Assembly: GCA_964188305.1 (NCBI GenBank)
Contig: OZ076893.1
From: Podarcis bocagei
Lineage: Eukaryota
Direction: 5' to 3' (one strand)
DNA: 64,000 bases
Position 1 is the stretch's first letter. The number at the start of each line of letters is the position of its first letter. Positions 34,501-49,500 of the stretch are shown here, one piece after another. A program made the position numbers and the translations under genes. Under the pieces are notes generated by a model. That model saw only the letters and a program-made list of their open reading frames with translations, was not told the DNA's origin and ran no database searches.

Positions 34501-37500
34501 AGGCTCGGTCTTCAGAAAGACTTTCAATCAGATCTGAGCAAAAGGCAGCCAATAAGTAATATTCAACATTCTGATATTCTGCAGAGCAATTAATTGGATT
34601 CAAACTACATGTACAAAACATTTGCTTACCCTTATCCCTTTCCTGCTGCTGTATTATTGCTTTTAATTTGTCACTAAGATCATTTATTATGTTTTCCTTT
34701 TTCATTTTTTCTCTTGTTAGAACAGTGTTAAACGTCGTCTGAAAATACAGAATCAGCATTATTTTAAGCAATACAATGTACATATACATGACATGAAAAA
34801 AATAAATAGGTACTTTTCAATCTCTGAAGAGGCTACAACATACCAGCTTTGGCCTCCTCCCTCAGCAGCCATCTATCAGAAGCCATTCCATCAGGTACAG
34901 GAGAGGGAGAGAGGTAAGACTGAAAGACTGGGAACTTTTGGCTCTGCTTCTTCGTATTTTTTAGTTCCAGCTTGCTTTCCCCACCTCCTTCCCCATTCCT
35001 TTTCTTTTTTGTGCTATACCTCATTAAAACTGTGAGCTGCAGGGACTGTCTTATCATCATCAAAATTTGTAAGCTGCTTTTTGAGCCTTCTTTGACTAAG
35101 CAGGGTAAAAATGTTTTCTTGGAAATAACAATTAATAGTGATTGATTGATTGATTGATTGATTGATTTTACTTTTTAGAAGCATAAGCCCAGAATGCATC
35201 CAATTTTGATGTTCTCCAAGCTGCTCATTTGTCTCTTTGCGCCAGCATCTTTGAGATGTAGTGGCACAATTGCCAAACATGCAATGGAAGTTGTTTGGGA
35301 CACCAGTGAAAACTCCACTCAATTGAACAGGGATTGTATAAGAACAAGCAGTGGCTGTATGTGACATGTCAGAAAACCAGTACTAGCCTGAAATGCTAGG
35401 CAATAATCCCTTTGCAAGCTAAAGACATAAGGAAACCATCAAAAGGTCCTGGAATTCTGAGGAATGAGAATTTCTAAGAAGGCTGTGAAAAACAATGGAG
35501 CTCCCAGTTACTTTAAAGCATCCTCACAAGTGTATCTAATCTGAAATCTTGAAACAGCCTCGTCTACCTGCTGTTCTGCAGTGAGTGATGTTCGAATGTT
35601 TTGCATTTCCTCATTTTTTCTTTTCTCATGTTCTTCAAGCTGCTCCAAAAACTTCACCTTTTCTTCCTGAAGTTTTTCTTGAAGTTCTGCAACTAAGCTT
35701 GATGCAGATGATTCAACCGAACTAGGAAAAGGAAAACATTGAAAATTTAAATGACCAGCCCAGGATGGTACGAACAAACTACAAAGGGAAACCTTAAACC
35801 TCAATATCACTTTATCTGGTGTTTCCCTAGTTAAGAAATTCAAAATTCTGACTAGTCAAGGGGAAACATTCCTGATAAATGTATGAAAAAGCTTTTCTTA
35901 TTTTTTTAAACAAACACAGCAGCAAGATTCTTAGTGCACGGTGTGTTTGCCTTCTTTTGCTTGACTTTGCAGGAGAAAGTTCAGATGTTGTGCAAATAAT
36001 CAGTGTGTTCATGGAAAGATAGGAGAGTAAAAAAACCAAAACACCTAAAAATGAAACTAAATCTTGGTTATAGGAGGAACAATAAATTCAGTTTCGATCT
36101 AAACTTGCATTAATCCCTATATTACATTATAATGGGATTGCAAAGATGGAATTCACTATCAACCAATTTGCTGCTCTAAAGTCAGAGAAATTCAAGAGTT
36201 AATAGCTGTCTAAATATACCCTACTACAATAGCAAGCATGGGAGCCTTTGTGAATCAGGTACACCACCAGCATTATTAAAATGCAAAATAATCCAGCTAC
36301 AGACACATCACACAGTGGTCTTGACATGCCACATAGGGAGCACAATGTATATTCTGTTTTAACAAGGAGATGGGAAAAACTCTGTAAGAAATGGATCTGC
36401 TTTCAATACTGTCTTTCTTAAATAGTCTCCAAGATTCATTTCTCATGTTAAGACAGATAATCATTCTATTTGTAAAGTAACGTATTAAGTAAGTCATTTC
36501 AATTACACAGTAAAAACTCTGTTTATTGAGATGATAGTACGGAAACACTTCAGTCCAGTATTACACAATTCCCACACAATTCAACAAACTCAACTCATGA
36601 AAATTACATTTAGAATTTTAAATATGATGAAACAACTTGGCACTAAGCACATTATGTCTTGATGTGGCCATGCCTCACAAACTGGCTTCATCCCCAACAA
36701 CTGAAAATGTATTATTTTTGCTTTTAAAACTTTGATACCAATGAATGCCTTCCACAATCCCCTGAGAATATAATAAAGCTCGATTTTTTTTTAAAAAAAG
36801 TTCTAATCTACAAAATAAGGCTGCAGCTCTGTGTTTATTTCCAGATAAGAAACAAAATCCATGTGCCTCCCCCCTTTCTCCTAATTCCAGGACTTCTGCC
36901 AAGGTTACTTTCAAAGAATCTCAGCCTAGCATTATGTTCAAACGAGGAATCCTGGTTAAAAATAAACCCTGCCCTTCCTCCAGCATGCATAGTTCCTTTC
37001 TGTCCTCATAACAACTCTGTAAGGTATGTCAGACGGACTCAAGATCTGCCAGGGATCTTGGAACCGGCCTCCTTTCAGTCCTAATCTGACCCTCTAACCA
37101 AACAATGGTTCACCACTGTTTGCTTCTAGTGCTTAGCACACCCAGTTGCAGACATGAGAGAAACTGGAAGCTGTATTGTCCCACCACATTCCCACCTGTC
37201 CCCCCCCCCAAGGCATTCCTGCACCCAACTATATATACATATGCCCAGATAGGTTAGTCTTTACCTTAACAGTTGCCTGAGCCTGGCTTCTTCTCTTCTT
37301 GCTCTATTTGTCCCCAACAATAGCCTTGGACTATCTCTACAGAGCACAGTGCTTTAACCTTCTAAGCAAAGTATTACAAGGGTTTCCTGGTGATGTTAGT
37401 CCCTGATTTTGTTGGTGCACATCCTTGTAGATAGGGACAAATAATCTTTTCCTCTGGCCAAGAGGAGTGGTGAGCAGACAGATACTCAAGGATCTTTGCC

Positions 37501-40500
37501 ATGGGGGCACTGGCTCCACTCAACCATGCCCCCAAAGCTTTGGATTGCCTTTATCCCTAGCAAGCACCCCAGATTACTCCTGCATCAAGTGGTCTAAAGT
37601 TGTGTACTCTTGGAATGGAGCAAAAGAACAGAGAGTTCTCTCCCCCCCCCCCCGGAGTAAAAGAGAGAGAGTATAAACAGATATATACAGATTTATATAA
37701 AATAAAATCTCCCTTGCATCTATCCTATCTCCCTGGACTCTGAACTCACTCTTTGCTGATTAAAAGGCATGGGGTTGCCCATGTGCAGAAATAATAAGAC
37801 ATTTTCATATCTCCCCCGCCCCCCAACCGCCACTTTGTGTCTATACAGAGCATGACTGCATGAAATTTCACCCTAGACGGAGAAAGCTGGCTCAACTACT
37901 AACAAGATCATTGAAGAAAGTTCCTGTGGCAGTCCATGGCCCAGTCTGCACTATGTGAAAAGTTCCACACAAAGAGAAAAATGCAGGCTGCCTAAAGAAA
38001 ATCATTATGTCTGACTTGACCTGCATGTAACAGTTTTGAGTACATAATGTCTTGGATTGCTAGTTTGTTGTTGTTGCTGCTGCTGTGGTTTTAAAAAACC
38101 TTTACTTCATTAACCCATAATACTTTAATTTACACGGTCAAAAAGACTTACATTGTCAACAGAAAAAACTTAAATCCATACTAAAACCAACATAAAGTAG
38201 ATATAAAGTATCAGCTAAAGAACCTTGAAACCAACTAAGTAGTTGATCATTAATAAAGCTATCTTAGACTTACTTTTCATTATTCATGTTGAACAAACTA
38301 TTGACTCATGGAAGAAAATACTTTGAGTGGAGATGGAGGAAGTCAAAGTCTAGCTAGCTGAGTAGGTCAGAGTTGTTGGGCTAATAATGTCAAGGTTGTG
38401 AGTGCAGGGTCCATACGAGTTGGGTTGGGTGGGTGGAAGCCTGTGAGATTTTCTTTGGAGTAGAATACATTGTCCACCTGTGCTGGACTGGGTTACACTT
38501 TTCCTTATGGCACATTTTGTAGCTTTGGAGTGCTCTAAGATCTGCCACTTACTTAACAGCCTGTGACATCTGTGGTACAAAGTACCTGAGGCTGCTGCAC
38601 AATTTTGTGGGTTGTCCAGATACCACTGAATTGTAAGATTTTTCTATGAAAATTAGGGCAATCTGCATTTTAAAAAACAAAGATATATGATCTAATTTTG
38701 CATTGGTGGATGTGGGTTGTTGTTTTTTGGTATTTCATAAACAAAGCTAAAAAATGAAACTGCCAAGCTTGTCTAATATTTATTTTCAATTGGCATCAAT
38801 TCATTGTTAATAAACAACTTACAAAACAGGCATTTTTTGCCATGGAAAAATAACCACCCCACATCACTACTGTTGTGAGTGGTGGGACTCTTTGGTGGAC
38901 AAAGACTGGGTAATTCAAGCTCTAATATCATCCAGTGTGTAAACTACAAGGTGGTGTACATGTGGCTGCAACTGAAGACTACTTGGAGGACCTTGACTAT
39001 TCCAAAATAGATCACCAAGACCATTGAGCAGAATAGATTTCTTTGGTTTAAACTAGTTTCCCTAGCTCCACTAAAAAAACAACAATGCTGACTTAACCTA
39101 TAAAGCCACACACGGCTTGCAGTCTGAGGAATAGCCTGATCGCATGTGAACATGTTCACTCATTAATATTTTCCTCCAAAGCCCTTCTCTCTATTCCCCC
39201 ATTAATAAAACATTGAAAAGCAGTCAGTGGTATTGCATTTGGTTGTATGGGTCATCTGTTTTAAAAAAAACACAGTTGAGTTTTCCACTAAGCCAGTAGA
39301 AGCCCCTTGTATGAGCCAAAACAGCTTCTTGGATTTGTAGCTCATGTTTTTATTCATTGCAAGCAAATTTTTCTGTCCAGAGAAACTTGGTTGGAAAAAT
39401 CACACACCTATGCATACACTTCTGTTTCTTCTTCTCCTTCTTCCACTGCCGCCACCCCACATAATCACCATGCTACTAGTGATCACTTGTTGGAAGATCA
39501 GCATGCCTGGATTTAGACCCTCAACATCCCCACTCCCTAGGTGATCAACATTAACAAGCCTGATTACCACTTACAGACATATATGTAATTGCTCTTCTAT
39601 ATGCTATCTAATGAAGCGAACAACAGAAGAGCTCTTTCAGTTGCAGGTAAGCAATTGTACATAGCGCTTTCTTATTTCCTGAGGAATGCCCCTTCAGGCA
39701 TGAGCACTGCATGTATTCAATGCATGAGCATAAATGTCTAATTTATATAAATTGACTATCATAAATGGTGTAACAGCCATAAAATAAATATAGGACATCA
39801 TTAGACTGCATGATTTTTAACAACTTATCTTCGCTACTGAAAATTAATAATTATAACAAGTATAAATACTTAGCTCTATATCACATCACATTTGAAGATG
39901 GCCCATGATATTTCATTTGAGGAAAAGAACATAGGTCATATGTACAAAGAACCTGTTTAGAACATAATTTTAGTTCAGGCTACTTCTGAACTGTAGAAGT
40001 GAATACATTTGCCAGATTTTCAGCATCTTAAGTTTTTCAAATATCTGGGTTTTATTTTGGTTGTGACATTGTAGTCTCCAGTGATCTTCGTGAAGTCACT
40101 TCAGGCCTCCCAGAAATAAAATATCAGCTGCTCCACTAATCACTTTACTTATAGAAAAGTTGAATCAGTTACCACTATTATTTTGCAACTATATGCTTCA
40201 AAGGGTAGGAAATGAAGCCTGAAGTATTTTCTGGAAAAAGTCTGTTACTGCGTTCCTTGAATGCAAATTATGCACACTACGAACGTTCTTAGAATCTTAT
40301 GTTCCAATTTTAACACTGGTCAGTACTTAGAACTGTGCTTAGGTAAACAAACGTATTTTTGTGCCACTTTAAAGACTATTAATATTGCTGTTGTATTCGT
40401 TTTCATGAACCAGAGTCTGCCATCTGACTAACATGGCAACCCTTCAGGAACAGTTCACTGTATGGCTCTGTTAGAAGTAACGAGAAACCACAGCTTGTTG

Positions 40501-43500
40501 CTGAAAAATGGACTGTATTGAGGCTTGGGCTTCTACACTCTCCTCTCCCTAACAAAAATAACAGTGGTTCCCTGTGACATCCAAACTCAAATAAAGGTAG
40601 TTTGTTTAAATGACAGCTTGAGAAGCCACAGTTTAACCTTTGCTTATTTTCATTAACCAAAGTTTAAAACAAATTACAGTTCTTAAGAGTTCTGAAGATA
40701 CTGTTTAAATTTAAACCAGAAGTTTTTGATCTCCTTTTATGGGTAACAAGAGGGGTGGAGAGGGAGAACCAGGCCTATGTGGAGTGTTCAAATTCCATCC
40801 ATCAATCAAAAGTTCAATTTCACTCTTGGATGGGGCAGCTTCAAAATCTTTTTTTAAAAACCTAATTCCTAAAAGATATCTGGGGAATAAATGAGTCCTG
40901 TGAATAGGAACAAAAACAAGTGCCACGGTTTTTAAGCAGCCCTATAGTTATATTTTAAGAGCACTTTTGTGTAGTATTTTGTCCTTGGTAAACTGCCAGA
41001 CTGATTTTTAAAAACTCCCCCATGCTGCTTTTCCATTAAAATCAAATTTTAAAAAGCCAGAATCTCAAATGATAAAACTCAGTGACTCTTAAAGCTATTT
41101 GTGCGCAGCCAGAAACATTGTTATGAATATCACTTTATGCTGTCAATGACTGATGTTTAAAAACAGAAATATTCTTCCATCATTCACTTAAGGAATTCAG
41201 TCTGCTCAGCTTGGACAGATGTATCACTTCCATCTGGCATTCAGTGCAAACTCCCCTTCATGATCAATAAACATTATGAGCTGGATCCAAAGGTTCCCTT
41301 TCACTATGTGGAGAATTCCTTTACTAGAAAAATGAGGGATTCTGCCCTATCAATCAAAAAGAATTTTGAATTTAGATGTGACAGTTTTAAAATAATGCAC
41401 ATTGTGCTTAAGTAATGCTGCAAGATTGTGTGAAGGTGCTTCTCTTATCCAACAACTTTTCACCCTAGGGGAAAGGTAATTTTTAAATTCTTTCTTACAC
41501 ACAGCTTGTGTTTAACATAGGGACTCCAATTTCATGGGGTGATTGATTGATTTAGGTCCACCTATCCATTGGAAGATAAAAAAGAAAAGATCTACACCCA
41601 ACAGGATGATGTGAAAAGCCGTATTAAGGAGGTTTGAATGAAGTCCTCAACTCAGGAGCTTGAACTATCTAAAAAGAAGCAGAAAAGCTCAGCATTTTTG
41701 CAATTGCAATGTATACTTACTAGCTTGAATACAGAAGTTCAATAGAAAAAGAACTACGTGCTCCTGAGCATAAGTCATATAATGATGGAATTAGGGATTG
41801 GTTTGAGCGAGGGGAAAGGATAAACACATCTAAGGAGACAAGATGCGTCTGAGCAAGAGCAGGAACCATTAATCCAAGAATAGAGAAAACCTTCTATAGT
41901 TTGAGATTGCACTTACTCAACTGACTACAAATTATATTAAGCACTGTTGGTTTATTTTATTTCATACATTAGAGGGCAACTTAATTCATACAGTACCTCT
42001 GATTAACTTGCATCTCTAGTTGCTGGATTTTCCCCAAAAGTTCTTTTTCAACAGCTTCCCTTTGCAATTCAAATTCTTTAAGGGCATTTCGGACTGCATC
42101 ATCTTTTTCACAGTTGAGCTTTTGAACAAGCAGTTTCCTGTCCTGTTCATGGTTAGTTAATAGTAGCTCTTTTTCTTCTGCAAACTTACTGATAGTGGCT
42201 TCATATTTCTTTTGCTGTTCACACAATACCAAATTTTCTTCTTTTTGCTTTTCTAGGGCACTGACTTCCAATTCTAGCTTACCTTGCAACTCTGTTATTT
42301 GTTCTTCCAATCTTTTTTCTGCTTCAAGAGCTTGTTGGTGCAAAGAAGTTACTTTACTTAATTCAGTTCTAAGCAAATTTGTTTCTTCTTCATGCCTATC
42401 AATTAATTCTGAAATGCACTGATCTTTCTCAATTGTCATTAAAGTTCTTAGCTCTGCTAGACCCACCTGATATTCATCATTATTAATTTGTATTACATGG
42501 TTCAAATTATCAATCTGTTTTCTTAACATTTCAGTTTCCTTGTCAATAAGACTTTTTAGATTATCTTGCTGTTGAGTTTTGTTTTCTTCTAAAAGTATTT
42601 TCATTTCATCTGTTTCTGCCTCTTTCAGTGCAAGTTCAACCTCTAATTTGCATCTTAAGTCAGACAGTTCAGAAACCTTGACCTTTAATTCCTCAATCTG
42701 TTGTTCTTTCTCATGGACATTTGCAGCATGAGTTTCTTGCATTTGTTCAAGTCGGAGTTTATTCTCCTTTTTCAACTCCTCTAAGCAATCATTGTGTTTA
42801 GCCATTAGTTCATCAAATTCTTGTGTATGTCTTTCCTGTAGATTGGATTCCAGTTCCTTTAAGTGATCTTGCTCCAAAGTCTGAAGTTCTGCTCTCAGAA
42901 GCTGCATTTTTTCATCGTTTTCAGTATGAAGTTTTTTCAAACTCTCCATCACCCTTTCACGTGACTCTCTTAGTTCTTTAATTTCACAACTCTGATTCTT
43001 CATTTGACTTTCCAATTCAAGCAATTTTTGCTCCTTTTCATTTTGTAAAAACACAACTGCTTCCTTTTCATTCTTTACTATTGCAAATTCATTATCTTTA
43101 TCATGCAAAACATCTTCAAGACCTTTTAAGTCACCTTTTAATTTTGTGATCTTTTTTTTGTTCTCTTCACCATCTTCAACTAAAGTATTCATTTTGCTTT
43201 CATATTCAGTTTTTACCAATTGCAGCTCTTTCTGGTGTTTATCTTTTAGCGTTTTTTCAAGAGAAAATTTTACTTTTTCTATAATATTCTTTATTTCTAT
43301 TGAAGTACATTTTAAAGAACTGGAAAGGTCACATTGTTCTTTTTCTACAAATGTTCTAAAATGACAAAGGTCTTCTTTTATGTTTATTAAATTTAACCGA
43401 GATTCCTCGGCAACATCTCTACATTTTTCCATATAAACATTTAAAGCAGAATTTTCTAAAGCTTCCGCTTTTGCACATATATTTGTATCTTGCATCCGCC

Positions 43501-46500
43501 TGCTGTCAATTGCATTGATGACTGAGGAATAGAGAGACTCCACCATCATTTCTGGACTTTGAGGATCACTTATCACATTCGGTGACGTTAGGTTTTCTTC
43601 TATTATGAACTCATTAACCGCTGACATAAAATCAGATTCTGGACTTTCTGCCAGTGAGTCCAAGTCTAATGACCCTTGCTTAAGGGCTTGTTCAATGCTT
43701 GGATGGGCAATCGTTTCAAAATCAAATGTATGAGCATCAATACTGTCTGGAGACAATTCTTCTAAAGGACCTGGGGGGCACACAGGAGGGCACAAAGGAC
43801 CATGAAGACTGAGTGGTGGAGGAGTTCTAGGAGAGGTAGCAATTGTTGTACTTTCCATCCTTGGTGTAGTGACAGACTGTGGTGAGGCTTGACTGTTGGA
43901 AGCCTAGAAGTATAAAACACAGGCCAGAGTTAAAATACTATCGTTCCATAAACATAAACAATTCCTAAGATAGGCCTCGAGCGGGCTCCATACATGTGGC
44001 AGGATTTCACATTAGAGAAGCAGGAATTCATAAAACCTTATGACATCTTACTGGCAGCTATAGGTAGCAGAAAGTAAAACCATGGTTAATCCAGGGCACA
44101 CCAGCAAATCTCATTTGATGCATCTTCTGAAGCTGCCTCATTCTTGCATCCCATCAGAGTTCCTTTCATTCTGTTTCATCCTTACTGTTCCTAGCTTAAT
44201 TTTTCTCCCCCCCTCTCCACTTTTATATCGTTTCAGAATATTTGAAACGGACAGTATTTTATCTGATAAAACATAAAGGAATTTCTAAACAACTTTTTTC
44301 CTGCTTGCATACTTTGGAGAAAATAACCCCCCTTCCAAACTGTCCAAAAATAAATTGGTATGCTTATGCTCTATTTCTGCGTGGATGTGTGTGCATAGTA
44401 TGCCGAAGTAAAATGGGAACTATTTTTACTTCCTTTCTAAAAAGGGCCTGGAAACTATATGCTTGTTGTACTAAAAATAAATGTTTTTATATGTATTGAG
44501 AACTAACATCAAAACCAGTGGGGTTTACTTCTGAGTAGACTTGTAGAAGACTAGGAATTCTAATCTGAGGTAGCCATAATGCTATTTGTGGCAGGGCAGC
44601 CTTTATTCTGAATCAGTTAATTGAGAACATTTTTGTCTCTGGCTCCATCGACTACCAACATGCAACCCACAACATTAAAAAACGTTGCCCACTCCTGTGC
44701 TAGAACATTATGTAGTAAACTGGTCATAATTAGTGTATGATACAGGTCCTGAAACACTTGTCAGATGGTAAATTACATTACTCTGAATTACCGGGATTTG
44801 CCCGTTTACATGCATTTATAGAAGTACAATTTTATTTAATAAGTGAATCACATAACACAAAGATATGAATGGAATCTAGCCATGATCACGCTCTAATTTC
44901 TACCTTAGTTTCTTTCAAGCTGTATCTCCTTAAATTAATTGTTTATTCAGGCTTTATGCTGTGTTGACAAAACAAGGTGCAAAAACTGAGTTCAGAAAAA
45001 GCACACTATAACTAAGAAGTGGATTCTGCTTCATTATCACATTTTCTTTCCATTCAATTAGTATTTTAAAGAAAAATATTTCCAATATTAGCCATGCAAG
45101 CCTAATTTAGGCTTGTAGCAAAATGCTTCCCAGTTAATATCAATAGTAAATTCCCAAGAAAAAATCTCCTGAGAATCAGAAATATGAACAGAAGCAGCCC
45201 CTATAACAATGCACTGAAAAAGAACACCAAGATAAATATTTTACAAATTTTCTCCTTGATTTAAGTCTCTCCATATGTTACCTTTCCAAGAAGGGTGGTG
45301 TAATAAACAATCAAAGGACGGACCCCTGATGAGGTGACAAGCTCACGGATTTGCAACAGATGCTTTCAGAAATACATAACTGACACTTAACTATGTTTAA
45401 ACCTGAAACGTTTTGTGATTAAGTATGTTACTTCAAATAAATGTTGTGAATAAGAGGTCCTAGGTACTTCAGAAACCCAACACTTAAGCACCACAAAATA
45501 TCTTTGGAGGTTAGGGAAAGCAACTTTTAGCTGACTGTTCCAGTATGTCCAATAAGTTGTGTTAACTTTACAAAAAATAGGAAAGCATTTAAAAAGGTCT
45601 GTTGTTTGGCAAAATGCCAAGATTTAAAGGATCAAACCCTCCTAGTTTCTCAATCAAAAATTTTAGGGCAGTTGACTGCGATATTATATAAAGTATGGGC
45701 AATAAGCTGCCAACTGCAGGCAGTTTGCCTTCTTGTAGAGACACTCCACAAGAAAAATTTACTGAAAGTTGGGTGCTCTCAGGAAAGGCCGGGAAACTGA
45801 GAAGCAACTTTTTTTTGTTCTTGTTCACAAAATACATTTCTCAGAAATATTCCTCACCGATTCACTTCACAACTTAGTTAATTTCTAAGTAATTGTGTTT
45901 AGGATTGGCATTCAACAATTTACCCATATATAAAAGTCACACATATAATACAATGGTACCTTTTGTTCATTCAGCAGATCTGTAATGGTCTGTGACATTT
46001 CATCCAAACTTTGTGCTGCTTTGACCAGATTATGTAGAGCAAGTACATGCTGGTGGAGAGGTTCGAAATCACAAAGTATAGGAACCCTTAAAAATACAGA
46101 GTAATTAACACAGATTACATTAAACAGATATTAACAGATTACAAGTGTTAACTGCATTTAAGAATATTTATATATAAAAATATACCACTTAGCATATTCA
46201 AAATCTTTAAGTAGTTTAGCGGTCATGGGGTTGGGTGAGTCCCACGTTGGGCAAACATTGCAAGGGGTTTGGACTAGATGACCCTCGTGATCCCTTCCAA
46301 TTCTACAGTTCTATGATTCTATGATTTACATAAAACAACACAATATTCAACAAAATTTCCAAACTCTAAGTTAAAAATGACAAAACACAACTGTATTATC
46401 ACAGATAAAACCAAACCATGCACAAAACAAAAATATACATAAAAATCAAGAGCCAAGAGTCCCAAAAGACATTTTAAAGATGTTTAAAAGTTCACAACTG

Positions 46501-49500
46501 TCTCTGTCTTACCAGTTATTCAAAGGAGGGCAATCCTGTGCTATCATGAAAAGTCCTGCTGCCACAAAAGTGTTCAGTTTGAACCCTAACTGCTAAAGAT
46601 CAGGGATTCTAATACATAGCCTCTAAAACTAGGTCACCAAACCATACAAATACCTGGCCAAAGGAAATAAATGAATACTATAAAGCAAGGCTAGCTATGG
46701 CAGATATTATTTTTTTCTCTGAGCCACCTTACTACAATTTTACTAGTTTATTGTTATGGGAACCACTGCCAATCTACTACAAATTGCCCAGAGATCTAGC
46801 AGTAGATCCCAATCTATTTTCTGCTTGCCCACATGCTTAGGAACTCATTTTACCTGAGTAATGGTTGGACTTCTGAAGGACAAAAGGACTGCAAAAATTG
46901 CAGATCGGATAATGAGATATCAGGAAGTTCACCATCAAACCTGCGAGGTTTTCGGGTCTGTATGTAAAACAAATCAATGAGAACACGATAAATAGCAAAA
47001 TAGATTGGACAACTGAGATATTTTTTAAGCCCGTAAATAAAGACCATTGAGATATATTTTAATTTCCATTTATCAGTTGAAAGACTGTGCAGGGAGCTTG
47101 AACGTCTCCTAATCACTAAAACAGCTGCAGCTGAAAGTAGGAACATCTGAGGCTTGTAAACAAATCTACAAAAGTAGCTTGCCCACAAATAAATTTGTTA
47201 AACAAATGAGCAGATATTTCTAAGAAAATAGTATTCAAGGTTTGAGAAGCTTCCCAACCTGGTTGCTTCTTCTGTGCCTCAGACAGGGTAGAGACTATTT
47301 ATAAGCCTGAAATATTTGTCTACACTTTTAAATGAAAATATACACAGAAATGGTTACACTTGATGAAAGATAACTAATCTATGCTACCAGAGCAATTATT
47401 CTAGGGAAAGTATAATATTAAATCAAGAGGCAGAGTAATCATTCTATGCCACCAAGAATCTAAATACCCCCTTCTTCACAAGCCAGTTAATACAAAAAGT
47501 AGCTACACACTTCCTTCTAAATTCAAATTATACTAATTCCTCAAAGTGTTTGGGAAAAGCCAAAAGTCTTCATTAAAAATAAAAAGTATGGTATACTCAC
47601 ACAAAAGGATGGGGGCCAGGCATCAAGTCCCCTGAACAAACGATTTCTTAGAAAAGATTTCCCTGTTCAGAGAAATAAATATTATTTCATTTATTCACAT
47701 ATGTGTATATGTATGTGTATGTCTCTATGTGTGTGTGTACACACAACAAAACAAACAACAATGGGGGAGGATTTTTTGGGGGAGGGGGGAATGAGCCCAA
47801 TGCATTTCCTAACAGTTCTTTCTCAGGACACTATTAAGAGGAACAATATAGAACTACATTGCAAGTTATTTGTGCAAATTTAACAGGGACAATTTCCTTT
47901 TATTTTTTCCATGTATACCTATAGATCTCCTTTTTTCAACTTTTACATAAAAGGTTATTTCATTGTATAATTCAGGTGAGGGGTGGGAGAGAAGGTCCAA
48001 GGGCAGCTGTGAAGAATCTTTGGCCCTCCAGGTGTTGCTGAACTACAATTTCCATCTGCCCCAGCAAACATGACCAAAAGTGATGCAAGCTGTAGTTCAG
48101 CCACAGATGGAGGCCCACAGGTTCCTCACACCTGGCCTAGGGCAATAAAGCAAAGGGAAGAAAGGAAAGAGAAGGGATGGTGGTAGTTTTCAAAAGCATG
48201 AAATGATCTAGTTTTTATCTGCACACAACTAGTTCAACATAAGGAAACAGTCACAAAATGCTGCAATTTAAAATAGTCTTTACATGGTAGCCACAATGTA
48301 TGACCTAATTATTATTCAGAGATAAAAGTGGTGTGTGTATCAATGTTACAGGTTTAAGAATGAGAGTGAGAGAGAGAAAAAATACTTACTAAATAACTTT
48401 CCAAAAGATTCCCTTTTGGCCTTTTCTGCATCATAAAGATGTTTCCCATCTTTTATTAAAGCAGCAGCCCACTATAAGAAAAAATATATATTTATATTAA
48501 ACATACATACACAGTCATGTTCCCTCCTCTAGTCTTCAATCTGAGATCTAGGTCCTGTACTCAAGTTGCTTACCTCCCTGTAGTGTTTTACAAACATCTT
48601 TCTCCTTACAACTTCAACAACAGCCAAGCAGTACATCTGAGGGACATTACTAAGCTTTTCTACAATCTTCACTCTTTCTAGCAGCTCTGTTACGAGACGA
48701 AGCAACGCTTGAAGTTTCTCTCCATCCTGGTCAGCATGAAGCATTACAAAGCAGCACCACCTATGGAATGCAAAGTTTCACTGTAGCATACTGAATTGTT
48801 AAGAGCAATAAAATTTCTCCACCAGATGCTTCTACCAGAACCTCTGTTTCCAGAATTGTATCAGTTTGCTCATTTGTAAACAAAAGAGAAGTTCTCTGTT
48901 CATTTTCTGCCAAAAACCAGAATATAATACAGAATGCCAAAAACCATCTCTACAAATCTACCTATATTTGCTTATACGGCATATTGGTCAAGCTTCAATG
49001 GCATGGTAAAAATACAAAAACAAAACACGAGATTCTCATACAGTTGATTTAGGCATCGCGTACCAAGTTCAAGATCCCAGAACTGTCCCAATAAGTCACA
49101 TTAACAAAATTAAATCTAAATTCAGGTTTGACTGTCAGATATGAACTAAATATATTTCTTGCACAAGACTAAAAGCAAGCCCCCACCCAAAAAGAGATGA
49201 GCGAACTTTACAGATATCTCCAATCTTAGCACCTAGTACTTAGATTGGTGATAACAGATCTTTATGCTTGACATAGCAGGCCATTTAGTTACTGACCATT
49301 ACGAAGTGGAGGCTTCCCATCCCTGCATAAAAACATAATTTTAGAAGCGTTGCATGCATGACAGGCTGGTGACAAAAAAACAAAACAAAACAAAACATGG
49401 TTGAGGAGCATATAGCACTGCAGCAGCATCACTTACTTCAGCCGGACTTGTAGATTATTTGCAAGTTCTTGTTTGGCAGTAGTACATTTCTGTTTAATAT

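Noticed and set aside
42195-43364. Plus-strand ORFs opposite the large exon
   Set aside because: Antisense shadows of the E/K-rich coiled-coil coding sequence.
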